Positions 39,229-47,514 of a DNA stretch of 64,000 nt are shown here, in pieces. A program made the translations under genes and the position numbers. A model generated the notes under the pieces. The model was not told the origin of the DNA, searched no databases, and was given only the letters and a program-made list of their open reading frames with translations. Origin of the DNA: Candidatus Zixiibacteriota bacterium (GTDB taxonomy: Bacteria; Zixibacteria; MSB-5A5; SM1-73); assembly GCA_049694315.1 (NCBI GenBank), contig JBAVQU010000015.1:53712-117711 (forward strand), given 5' to 3'. Positions within the stretch are counted from its first letter, which is position 1. Every line of letters begins with the position of its first letter.

Positions 39229-40020
39229 ATGGAGATAAAGAACCACTCAGTTTTGCCGACAAAAGTAGTGCAGACTTGGACTGAACTGAACCTTTTGACC
39301 CAAATTCGCTTGCCCTTGAAAGATATTTTGCAAATAAAAGAGATTTCCTATGGGGTGTTTCCCGAAATCTGTGGCTTAAACCCAAGATTCAACCCTAACA
39401 GCAAGAAAGTCAAGGTGGTCTTGGACGTTCGGCTTCCCAAAGCCGCGGGCAATGGAAACCTCCCTTTGATTTTCAAGCAACTTACCAGGCTTTTGCCTTC
39501 TTTAGAAAAACATCAGTGCGGAGAGCACCTGCTGGATGAATTGAAATCGGGGAAGAGCACTCCACACCTACACGATTCTGGAAGCGCAACGGACATAGCC
39601 CATCTCATGGAACACGTGATGATCGATCTCCAGTCCAGACTTACCGGAATGAATTCCTGCAGCGGGATCACCTGTGCATACCGAAGTCCCCAGTCTCGTT
39701 TCGACATGTTCGTGGAATGCAGAGACCAGAAAGTCGGGCTGTTTACGGCCTTCTTTGCTGCCGAGCTGTTGAGCCGGTTGGTGAAAAGCAAGAGCCTCAG
39801 CCGAAGATATTCTGCTCTAATAGACTTGGCCAAATATCTCTATGCCAAGGAATCGTGCCCGCCCCGCAACGGCAGGCAGCAGATGGGAATGGAGCTTGAT
39901 CCTCTGGCGACTCAGATAAGTTCGACCTTCAACTGGAAGAAAAGTTTTGTTCTCCCGCTTCTGAGAACACTGAAAGACTTCGGTTTTCTCAATGGCAGGT
40001 TACCTGTGACCAGTCGATAA
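39229..40020 (+). CDS. Hypothetical protein
   Basis: 263-aa ORF. No family confidently recognised. Confidence 0.4.
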   Translation: MEIKNHSVLPTKVVQTWTELNLLTQIRLPLKDILQIKEISYGVFPEICGLNPRFNPNSKKVKVVLDVRLPKAAGNGNLPLIFKQLTRLLPSLEKHQCGEHLLDELKSGKSTPHLHDSGSATDIAHLMEHVMIDLQSRLTGMNSCSGITCAYRSPQSRFDMFVECRDQKVGLFTAFFAAELLSRLVKSKSLSRRYSALIDLAKYLYAKESCPPRNGRQQMGMELDPLATQISSTFNWKKSFVLPLLRTLKDFGFLNGRLPVTSR

Positions 40021-40044
40021 CCTTTCGAGTGAGGTGACGATAGC

Positions 40045-40293
40045 ATGACCGACAAATCCTGCTTCGATGACCCCAAGAATCTAAAGGCGAAGATCCGGAA
40101 ACTGATCTCTTTCGAAGAGGACACAGATTCCCGGAAGCCACGACAGAAACGGTCTCAAAGCAATCCGGAGTCCCCGGCATCGGTCTCAAAATATGCCAAA
40201 GTTCTAAGTTGTACTTTCATCGGCCAAACCGAGGAAACCCGATGGACCAGGGATACCCGCGAACAGAAGGAAGGGCTTTTGCAGGCCACTTGA
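40045..40293 (+). CDS. Small hypothetical protein
   Basis: 82-aa ORF, basic and low-complexity. Weak coding evidence. Confidence 0.25.
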   Translation: MTDKSCFDDPKNLKAKIRKLISFEEDTDSRKPRQKRSQSNPESPASVSKYAKVLSCTFIGQTEETRWTRDTREQKEGLLQAT

Positions 40294-40382
40294 GGCAGCA
40301 ATTCACCAGAAAAGCCATGTCGTAAAACGCATCCATTCAGTAAGGGAGCATGAGAAACAAAAATGAAAGGAGGTGAAAAAAC

Positions 40383-40595
40383 ATGACCAAATTCAACTTC
40401 CATGATTTCAAGAACATCGAGAGACCGACCATGTCTCCGTTCTATTTGCAGGCCAAGATCTGTGATTTGGTCTCTTGCTCTGTTTGCACCAAGGTGAAGG
40501 TGGATTCGATGAATCCGGAGACCGGTGAGTACCGGGTGGTTCTTCACGGCACCCTGGATTGGGATACCCCGGAAACCTGGTGGACCAATCACTAA
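40383..40595 (+). CDS. Small paralogous protein 1 (70 aa): conserved N-terminal part, divergent C-terminal 11 residues
   Basis: AAAGGAGGTG RBS 5 nt upstream. Shares IERPTxSP...LQ...DL....C..KVxSxNPxTGEYRxVLxGTLD with the next ORF. Confidence 0.45.
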   Translation: MTKFNFHDFKNIERPTMSPFYLQAKICDLVSCSVCTKVKVDSMNPETGEYRVVLHGTLDWDTPETWWTNH

Positions 40596-40698
40596 GATCA
40601 CTTGATCGTGTGTACGTTTGGAAGACATCCCCTTACTGAAAGATGGCACGTAATCTCAACCAGAACCAAAAACATGCAATAGGAGGAGGTGAAAAGAA

Positions 40699-40911
40699 GT
40701 GGTGAAATTCAGATGCCAAAACCTCCCGGTCATAGAGAGGACTCCAACTTCACCGGCGGCATTGCAGTACAGATTGAGTGACCTTCTATACAACTCAACC
40801 ACCTGCCGGGCAAAGGTGGAGTCGGTGAATCCGACCACGGGAGAGTACCGGATAGTGCTACAGGGCACACTCGATTGCTGGGATGAGACCAATACAACCA
40901 CCAATCAGTAA
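40699..40911 (+). CDS. Small paralogous protein 2 (70 aa)
   Basis: AGGAGGAGGTG RBS. Paralogue of 40383..40595 with a different C-terminal tail (CWDETNTTTNQ versus WDTPETWWTNH). Confidence 0.45.
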   Translation: MVKFRCQNLPVIERTPTSPAALQYRLSDLLYNSTTCRAKVESVNPTTGEYRIVLQGTLDCWDETNTTTNQ

Positions 40912-40942
40912 CACAGAAGGTCAAAGAGGATTAACCTTTTGG

Positions 40943-40970
40943 AAAGAGCCCCGCTTGTGGCGGGGCTCTT
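40943..40970 (+). terminator. Strong hairpin after the small-ORF pair
   Basis: AAAGAGCCCCGC-ttgtg-GCGGGGCTCTTT, a 12-bp stem. Confidence 0.4.
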
Positions 40971-41467
40971 TCAACTAATGTATCGGAGGGGCAAAGAGAT
41001 GAGAAGACGAAAAGTAGGTTCACCCGTCAAGAAAACTAGTTCTCACCGAACGGTCTCGCACACGACCGGAAACCAGGAGGCTTTTTGGACGGATCCGACG
41101 GCACCCATAACCAAGGTGTCAAAGCAGCGAAAGTTAAAACCGAACAAAAACCGGATGAAGAAAAACAGTTGTTGGTGGTTTGGTTAAAATCCAATTAGTC
41201 TCTTCCGAAAAGATTCGACTGAGGTGCCATATTTCAGAGGATAACTACGCCCGAAATGAACGTGAAATGGATTTCACGGTTGCCCAATCGTGCTGGACGT
41301 TTTTCCAATGCCTCCTCTGGGGCTGAGATCGTTTGTCGGCCTCCCATCTCTCAGATATAATACTTCTTACAAAATTCTTGCTCTTCGGTTTGATCTTTCT
41401 ATATTTCCTTCACAAGTAGAATATCTGTCCGACGCGAAAATCTCTTCGCGCAAGAAAGGAGTCCCCT

Positions 41468-42175
41468 ATGAGCGAAAGAATCAAGCTGCTTATCTTTCCT
41501 GCAATAATCTTCTTAGCTGGAGTACTATTATTCCTCTGGCTGAATGATCTGTCTCTGAGGGCAGACGAAACAAAACCTATGAATGGAGAAAACATGAAGC
41601 TACCACAGCCAAAATTCAAAAGCCAAACCAGCGTGGAAGAGGCACTGGTCAATCGTCGCTCGGTCAGAGAATACAAACAAGATTCTCTTTCTCTTGAGGA
41701 GGTCTCTCGGCTTCTCTGGGCGGCGCAGGGTGTGACGGCGAAATGGGGAGGCAGAACCGCTCCTTCGGCTGGGGCTCTATATCCCCTGGAAGTGTACTTG
41801 TTGGCTGGAAAAGTGAGGGGTTTGAAACCGGGATTATATCATTATGATCCGGAAAAGCACACCATTACTAAGAAGAAAGAAGGCGATCTCCGGGAAGAGC
41901 TGATCCAAGCCTCGTTGGGACAGGGACAGATCCTCAGCGCTCCGGCCACTCTCGTCATCACCGCGGTCTACGAAAGGACCACGAAAAAGTATGGTCAGCG
42001 CGGCGTGCGGTACGTCCACATGGAAGTTGGCTTAGCAGCCGAGAATGTATACCTGCAGGCCGAAAGTCTGGGTTTAGGTACGGTGTTCCTCGGGGCCTTT
42101 GAGGATGAGGAGGTAAAGAAGGCTCTGGGAATTGAGGAGGAGCCTTTGGCAATCATGCCGGTGGGCAAGAATTGA
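41468..42175 (+). CDS. SagB-type dehydrogenase domain protein (nitroreductase superfamily, FMN) with an N-terminal TM helix
   Basis: NRRSVREY...LSLEEVSRLLWAAQGVT...GRTAPSAGALYPLEVYLL...GLKPGLYHYDPEKH matches the SagB-type dehydrogenase domain signature. Confidence 0.6.
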   Translation: MSERIKLLIFPAIIFLAGVLLFLWLNDLSLRADETKPMNGENMKLPQPKFKSQTSVEEALVNRRSVREYKQDSLSLEEVSRLLWAAQGVTAKWGGRTAPSAGALYPLEVYLLAGKVRGLKPGLYHYDPEKHTITKKKEGDLREELIQASLGQGQILSAPATLVITAVYERTTKKYGQRGVRYVHMEVGLAAENVYLQAESLGLGTVFLGAFEDEEVKKALGIEEEPLAIMPVGKN

Positions 42176-42199
42176 ATGGAACAAAGAAAAGGGAAGAAG

Positions 42200-42410
42200 G
42201 AAAATGCAACAAACGATGACGAATGACTGATGATGGATCAAGGATGAAGACAGGGGAGAACCGAGAGTGGAAAATGGGAGAAGCGAAAGACCCCCTCTCC
42301 CCTCCGGGGAGAGGGTCAGGGTGAGGGGGGTTAACACAAGGAACATGGAAGGAGGAAAAAGGAGAACGTGAAATATCATGACGAATGATGAATGACGAAT
42401 CAAGGCAAAA
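42200..42410. repeat. Composite repeat copy (short ATGACGAATGA repeats on both sides of a CCCCTCTCCCC-tcc-GGGGAGAGGG palindrome)
   Basis: CGATGACGAATGACTGATGATGG ... CCCCCTCTCCCCTCCGGGGAGAGGGTCAGGGTGAGGGGGG ... CATGACGAATGATGAATGACGAAT. Confidence 0.6.
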
Positions 42411-42600
42411 ATCTTTTCCTTGCGGAAAGAGAAAGGGATAGATACTTACCAGGCAAAAGGCACGGGGAACAGTCAACACAGTCCGAGGAAGTGACAACTG
42501 GATGTCATTGCGAGAACCGCTCAGACGACCGCTCGCCCGGGCGAAGTGACGAAGCAATCGTTTTGCAGCCCTCAACTTTAACCTGCCTGACGAGCACTCA

Positions 42601-42660
42601 ACCTCTCCCCATCTGTCCCCCTCTCCATTTCATGGAGAGGGGGATATCGGGGGTGAGGTT
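42601..42660. repeat. Intergenic nested-palindrome repeat, copy D
   Basis: CCTCTCCCC...TGTCCCCCTCTCCAT-ttc-ATGGAGAGGGGGA...GGGGGTGAGG. Confidence 0.7.
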
Positions 42661-42671
42661 TCTACAGAGAG

Positions 42672-43418
42672 GTGGAGATGAATTTAGCAGATAAGATCGC
42701 ATTGGTAACCGGCAGCTCCCGGGGAATCGGTAGAGCCATCGCCCTGAAGTTGGCGAAAGACGGATGTGATCTGGCCGTCAACTACAAATCGAACCACTCG
42801 GCGGCAGATCAGGTCGTGGATCAGATAAGAAAGATGGGAAGAAAAGCCATTTCTTTCCAATGTGACGTTTCCAACTTTGCGGATGTGGAAGAAATGATAG
42901 GCAAAGTAAGATCGGAATTCGGCAGGATCGATATTCTGGTCAACAACGTCGGGCCGTTCCTTTACAAGACACTTTTCGACACCGCGATTGCGGAGTGGCA
43001 CGAAATTCTGAACTCGGATTTGAATTCAGTCTTCTACTGCTGCAAATCGGTGGTGCCGACAATGCGGGAGCAGAAATCCGGAGTGATCATAAACATCGGC
43101 GGGCCCAATGCGGAGAGAACACAGGGCTTCCTTCGCACGTGCGCCTATGCCACGGCTAAGACTGGGGTGGTGGTTCTCTCCAAGAGCTTGGCAAAGGAGG
43201 AAGCGAGCAATGGTATACGGGTGAGCGTAGTGAACCCGGGATTCATCGAGACGGAGAACTATACTGAAGAGATGAAAGAAAGCTGGTCAAAACAGGTGCC
43301 GCTCAAAAGACTGGGGAAGCCGGAGGAGATAGCCGACGCAGTTGCATTTTTGTGCTCGAATGAAGCCGGCTACGTCACCGGAGTTGTGCTTAACGTGCAC
43401 GGAGGTTTGTGGTGTTAG
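42672..43418 (+). CDS. SDR-family oxidoreductase, 3-oxoacyl-ACP reductase-like
   Basis: ALVTGSSRGIGRAIA...NNVG...YxxxK pattern (CAYATAKTG). Confidence 0.8.
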   Translation: MEMNLADKIALVTGSSRGIGRAIALKLAKDGCDLAVNYKSNHSAADQVVDQIRKMGRKAISFQCDVSNFADVEEMIGKVRSEFGRIDILVNNVGPFLYKTLFDTAIAEWHEILNSDLNSVFYCCKSVVPTMREQKSGVIINIGGPNAERTQGFLRTCAYATAKTGVVVLSKSLAKEEASNGIRVSVVNPGFIETENYTEEMKESWSKQVPLKRLGKPEEIADAVAFLCSNEAGYVTGVVLNVHGGLWC

Positions 43419-43420
43419 TC

Positions 43421-43480
43421 TGTAGGGACAACTCATGTGGAACATCCCGCCGAGGCGGGGAGTTGTCCCTACATTGCCGG
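43421..43480. terminator. Long palindrome between convergent genes
   Basis: TGTAGGGACAACTC...GAGTTGTCCCTACA (14-bp arms) with an inner CCCGCCGAGGCGGGG hairpin. Confidence 0.4.
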
Positions 43481-43515
43481 GCGGGGGTTGAACTCCCGGC
43501 CGGGCGAGGAAGGTA

Positions 43516-44727
43516 TCAGTGTGAGAGGCAGCAGCGATGGTGTCTGTGGTGCCGGTGGACACGGAAGGAATGAACGCGGCGAAACCCGTAGTGTCCGCTT
43601 GACCGGAATCCGAAATGATCTCGACGTCGGTGGAAATGTTGTCCCGGCCGAGACGGTCTGACGCGACCAAGCCAGGTGTGCTGGGATGACCTTGCTCCTT
43701 CTTGACCCGAGATGTCACCGTGACCGGGGAGTTGGGAATACCGCTTCGGCTTGGCCTTAAGCTCAACACAACCACTACCCAGCGCACCTACATCGGTGCC
43801 TCCTTGACCGGCACCCAGACAAGGCGATGACGGATTGAGGCGGTAGTCATCGTTTTCCGGGTCACAGAAAATCGGGTCTGTTGACATATTACTTTCCCCG
43901 GCAGAACATCCATTGCAGTTGGTTACATTCCCCCACACGTCGTTATGAGAAAACTCGGTCAGTGTGCCGCTCCGATTCTCAATGCCAACACCACCATCGG
44001 CCATTATGTTATTTTCCACCAATGCTTGCCCGTATAGCTCGACATTGAAACGGGGGTGTGAGCTGAAGGTATTGTAAACGATGCGGTCATGGCCGTGGCT
44101 ATCGATCCCGACCCAGTTTCGCAATATGAGATTCCTCGATACGCTAATTCTGCACGAATTGTCAAAACATAGTATACCGATTGCATGGGTGTTGTCTCTT
44201 ATCTGGTTGTTGGTGATGTTTGCGTAGGAGTTTTCAAGCCACACTACCGCGCCTTCAGAGCCAACATCTCCCCCGTTCCGAGTGAGAATATTGTTTCGAA
44301 TGGTGCACGAGGAATTCTGACATCGCACCGCCCCGTTTGATAGAGTGAAGATCTTGGCACCCTGAATGGTAAAGCCTTGAAGTATCGACGTGGTATCCTC
44401 GCCAGAGTCAAAAGTCACCAGCGGAACTCCGTCAGTAACCTCACTAATAATGGTGTTCCCAGGCTCATCCTCACTCTCAAGTAATATAGCTTTGCCATAG
44501 AAGCTGATGTGTTCACAGTAAGTCCCCGGTGCAACTAGGACGGTGTCGCCGCTTGCCGATGCATTAATTCCTTCTTGGATGGTGGATTGACCGCCCGGAA
44601 CGTGGATTATCCTTGCTTGCGTCTGTTGGAGACGAAAGAAAACGAGAACAACACAAAAAGCTGTGGCTAAGAAACGCACGAAACCTCCCGGGTTTGGAAC
44701 TCCACCACAGAAGACCAAGCCGTACAA
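43516..44727 (-). CDS. Right-handed parallel beta-helix repeat protein (secreted), with a His-rich C-terminal tail
   Basis: N-terminal hydrophobic segment. Repeated NNI/NNQ beta-helix-type repeats (ITNNQIRDN, ENNIMADGGVGIEN). C-terminal HRHHRHHR. Confidence 0.55.
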   Translation of the reverse strand: MYGLVFCGGVPNPGGFVRFLATAFCVVLVFFRLQQTQARIIHVPGGQSTIQEGINASASGDTVLVAPGTYCEHISFYGKAILLESEDEPGNTIISEVTDGVPLVTFDSGEDTTSILQGFTIQGAKIFTLSNGAVRCQNSSCTIRNNILTRNGGDVGSEGAVVWLENSYANITNNQIRDNTHAIGILCFDNSCRISVSRNLILRNWVGIDSHGHDRIVYNTFSSHPRFNVELYGQALVENNIMADGGVGIENRSGTLTEFSHNDVWGNVTNCNGCSAGESNMSTDPIFCDPENDDYRLNPSSPCLGAGQGGTDVGALGSGCVELKAKPKRYSQLPGHGDISGQEGARSSQHTWLGRVRPSRPGQHFHRRRDHFGFRSSGHYGFRRVHSFRVHRHHRHHRCCLSH

Positions 44728-45111
44728 AATAGCTTTGATGACGGATCTACTCTTTTACCTTCAATATATCCATTTTCCCTGGTTAGACAAGAGGATTTTA
44801 TCCCAAAAGGCCGGAAATACTGAAGGAATCGGCTCTATCCCTGGTTCCTGAGCCGATGCCCCGAATCTATCAGCGTCAGTAGGCCGCGCCACCGATGGAG
44901 ATAAAGACGACTATCGAGAGAGACTCATCCCGTCTAGGCAAGAGGATTCACCGCGGATGAGGCAGATCAAAGTAGCCGATACTAGCTTAACCCGATTGAT
45001 CTGCTGTGCAACACACTTCCCCCTCGCCTCAATCCTCTTTCCCGAGGGGAGAAGAAGAAAAAATCCCTTTCCTCTTGTGGGAGAGGGTCAAGTGTGAAGG
45101 GGATGTTTCGA

Positions 45112-45732
45112 TTAATGCAGGATGCCCAGCCAAGCAGTCATAAGAAAGAGTATCCTTCCGATAAGAAGGGACATACGAGACATCACCGTGTAACCGAAGG
45201 ATGCGCCAAAGGAGATCATCAAAAACCAGGTGCCGATTTTCGCTCCTGCACCGAGAGCTCCCTTGTGCTCCTTGGAGAAGAAAAAGTAAATCAGCCCGGT
45301 GATGACCCCCACGATCAGAAGGATGTTGTTCAACGATTCAAGCCACTTCCCCGTCCACAAGGGGAGCAGGTTGGCGTGAATCTGCAGGATCAGATCCCCT
45401 GAGCCATAGCCTACGATGGTAATTCCGGCGTAGATTCCGATTATCAGAGCCATGGACCAGCGGGAGAGCCAGCTGATTCTTGTGAAAAAGCGGCTGAAAA
45501 GCAGAATCCCGAAGATGAAGGGAACCAACAGAATCAGCTTTCCCTGCTGGGTCAGCGGTCTCCACAGATTAGGCAAAAAGACGTTGTAGATTTCCAAAGT
45601 CACGCCGTAACCGGCAGATATGCCTACGAACAGGTGCTCGGCGAATTTATAGAAGGGATTGTCTTTGTATAGAAATGAAAATGCGCACAGGGTCAACAAA
45701 GCGGCCACCCAGATTCCGAGTAGATCCCACAT
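45112..45732 (-). CDS. Cassette A, gene 4: polytopic membrane protein (paralogue family 4)
   Basis: About 6 TM helices. Conserved FSFLYKDNPFYKFAEHLFVGISAGY and LIYFFFSKEHKGA.GGAA.IG.W.LMI.FGA.FGYTVMSRMSLLIGR, shared with 48446..49072 and 52016..52675. Confidence 0.55.
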   Translation of the reverse strand: MWDLLGIWVAALLTLCAFSFLYKDNPFYKFAEHLFVGISAGYGVTLEIYNVFLPNLWRPLTQQGKLILLVPFIFGILLFSRFFTRISWLSRWSMALIIGIYAGITIVGYGSGDLILQIHANLLPLWTGKWLESLNNILLIVGVITGLIYFFFSKEHKGALGAGAKIGTWFLMISFGASFGYTVMSRMSLLIGRILFLMTAWLGILH

Positions 45733-45772
45733 TGAATTTGATCTCTTCTGTTGCCTACGTTTACCTCTCCCC

Positions 45773-45830
45773 TTTAGTCCCCCTCTCCTTGTCAAGGAGA
45801 GGGGGATACAGGGAATGAGGTTTAAACCTT
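45773..45830. repeat. Intergenic nested-palindrome repeat, copy E
   Basis: CCTCTCCCC...GTCCCCCTCTCCTT-gtca-AGGAGAGGGGGA...GGGAATGAGG. Confidence 0.7.
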
Positions 45831-46694
45831 CAATCTCTTTTTCGACTTCTTTAATACAAAGAAGGCGATATTGCCAATCACAATAAACAAAAACACGACT
45901 ATATGCGAAACGGATTGAGCGTCCATTCCCCTTGCGGCGGTTCCTGGTCTTTTCAGCAGCTTCTCATATTCCGCTGCTCCCTTCATTCCTCCCAAAAGCC
46001 CCACTAATTGACCAGACTGAACGTAAGGGTAGAACTCCGGAGCGCTCACCGCCGTGCATCCGGAGCCGAGCTTCACGTGATATCGGGACTGCACCTGAAG
46101 CACCCATTCTTTTGTTCCCGGCAGACCGCCGGAAATGTTCATCAATAACGCTAAGTCGTCAAAGGTGTTTACGCCTTGCATGATCGGCAGGGTTTCAACT
46201 CTGTTTCCCCGATAGTCCGTCGGAAAGGTCTTGGGTATGCTGGTCCCCATGGAGACCATCACCACCTCTCTTCCCTCCTTAAAGCCCAAATTGACGTAAT
46301 CCACACCATATTTCTTGTCCGGGAACTCTTTTAGAACCTCGGTCATGGCACGTTCCACCAGGAGTGTGCCGGTGGCCCACAGCTGGATGGTGATGATCTT
46401 GTCATTATTCTTTAGGAGATGATAAAAGACTGCTATGTTCATCGGATAAAGCTCCGGCATGGAGGCGGGGTCATAATCACATGAGACCAACACTTTGGAG
46501 CCGGGAGGAAGATTCTCTATGGCATCATAGAAGCTCTGCACCGGCGGAGTGATCGAGAAATCGAGATTCACTGGCAGAAGCAGAGAGACGACGATGGACA
46601 ACCCGACAAAGACGAATATAATCCTGCGATCTAAGCTCTCCAGTTTTTCCAGTAGCTTTTTCATGATATAGACCGTCCGCAGTCCGCGGTCCAC
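45822..46694 (-). CDS. Cassette A, gene 3: bitopic membrane protein with a central soluble domain (paralogue family 3)
   Basis: N- and C-terminal TM helices. Conserved ...DYDPASMPEL.PM......YGVDYVNLG...LPIMQGV.N.DD....PY.QS.QLVGLLGGMKGAAEYE shared with 49099..49926 and 52691..53587. Confidence 0.55.
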   Translation of the reverse strand: MDRGLRTVYIMKKLLEKLESLDRRIIFVFVGLSIVVSLLLPVNLDFSITPPVQSFYDAIENLPPGSKVLVSCDYDPASMPELYPMNIAVFYHLLKNNDKIITIQLWATGTLLVERAMTEVLKEFPDKKYGVDYVNLGFKEGREVVMVSMGTSIPKTFPTDYRGNRVETLPIMQGVNTFDDLALLMNISGGLPGTKEWVLQVQSRYHVKLGSGCTAVSAPEFYPYVQSGQLVGLLGGMKGAAEYEKLLKRPGTAARGMDAQSVSHIVVFLFIVIGNIAFFVLKKSKKRLKV

Positions 46695-46865
46695 AGTCCG
46701 CCGCTTTTAACCCTAACCTTCACCACTGTTCGCCTAAAGGCGAACACTCCGGCTTTTTCTTGACCCATGACCCTATTTTTCGCTCCACCGTACGCAGTTC
46801 ACTGTCCATAGCAACAGCACTTAATCTCGAAACCCAGTTCTCAGTTTTCAAATCTCAATCTTGGT

Positions 46866-47489
46866 CTACTCACCTCCTAAGTACGTTCTTTCCAATCCGA
46901 CCAGAACCTTGAGCGCGGTGGAGATCGCTCCCAGTGCCGCTCCGATCATTATGGCCCTTTTGCCTGCCAACTGGGGAACGTTCATGATCCATTCGGTGAA
47001 GCCGGGAAAACCGCTCCACAGTTTTTCACCCGCCGGCACCCTTCCGATCATCACCAAGATAGCCGTGACCGCCAGAAGCGATGCCTGGAACGTCCTCACC
47101 CGGAAAGCACGAAATGCAGCTGAGGCGATGAAGAAAGCCAAAAGCGCGAACATGGTGGACTGCAGAGGAGAATAAGCATTGTTGTACATCCAGAAGAAGG
47201 TAGTTCCCTCCCCAATCCCTCCGAAGAAAAGCCCCACTATGATCATGAAAAACAGACCCAGCACCAAAACAATCTTGTAGAGCCAATCTCTCCCTTTCCT
47301 TTGGATCACGTGATAGTTGACCCTCACGATATTGGCGATACCCAAAACGTAGGCAAAGGTCATGACGATGATGGCCCACTGCCGAAAGTTCTCGAAGATC
47401 GGTCGGACACTCTGATGCGGGATGAAATACTCGAGAATAAAAGACAAACCCGCCAGAAAGCAGATTACTATGGGTATCTCACGTCGCAT
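46866..47489 (-). CDS. Cassette A, gene 2: polytopic membrane protein (paralogue family 2)
   Basis: About 6 TM helices. Conserved MRREIP... and ..STMFALLAFFIASAAFRAFRVR......LKV.LG.ER.Y.GGE shared with 50008..50625 and 53616..54257. Confidence 0.55.
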   Translation of the reverse strand: MRREIPIVICFLAGLSFILEYFIPHQSVRPIFENFRQWAIIVMTFAYVLGIANIVRVNYHVIQRKGRDWLYKIVLVLGLFFMIIVGLFFGGIGEGTTFFWMYNNAYSPLQSTMFALLAFFIASAAFRAFRVRTFQASLLAVTAILVMIGRVPAGEKLWSGFPGFTEWIMNVPQLAGKRAIMIGAALGAISTALKVLVGLERTYLGGE

Positions 47490-47514
47490 AATACGCTTAC
47501 CATAGAAAAGTTGA

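Noticed and set aside
40939-41187. ORF 40939..41187 (82 aa, very basic)
   Set aside because: It starts inside the terminator hairpin that follows the small-ORF pair, and it is low complexity (R/K/T-rich). Likely non-coding.
32421-42410. Composite transposon hypothesis (inverted repeat-element copies at 32.4-32.6 kb and 42.2-42.4 kb flanking nfeD, sdhCDAB and others)
   Set aside because: The similar arms are simply two members of the widespread intergenic repeat family that happen to be in opposite orientation. The intervening genes are core metabolism in normal operon order. Only one end has an IS.
42392-42694. Small ORFs generated by the intergenic repeat elements (also 30267..30461, 35357..35539, 45659..45886, 42153..42575, 42074..42403, and the N-terminal extensions of 5631..6014 and 6077..6703)
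   Set aside because: Their recurring peptides (PLSILWRGG, PPLHLMERG, PLSPFHGEG, LPLPMFPPLHKCGDGD) are just translations of the CCCCTCTCCAT/ATGGAGAGGGGG palindrome on either strand. They are not proteins.
43287-43787. Minus-strand ORF 43287..43787 (166 aa) as an alternative C-terminus or T9SS sorting domain of the beta-helix protein
   Set aside because: It reads through the convergent terminator palindrome and into the antisense of the FabG-like gene. No sorting-domain motifs are visible.
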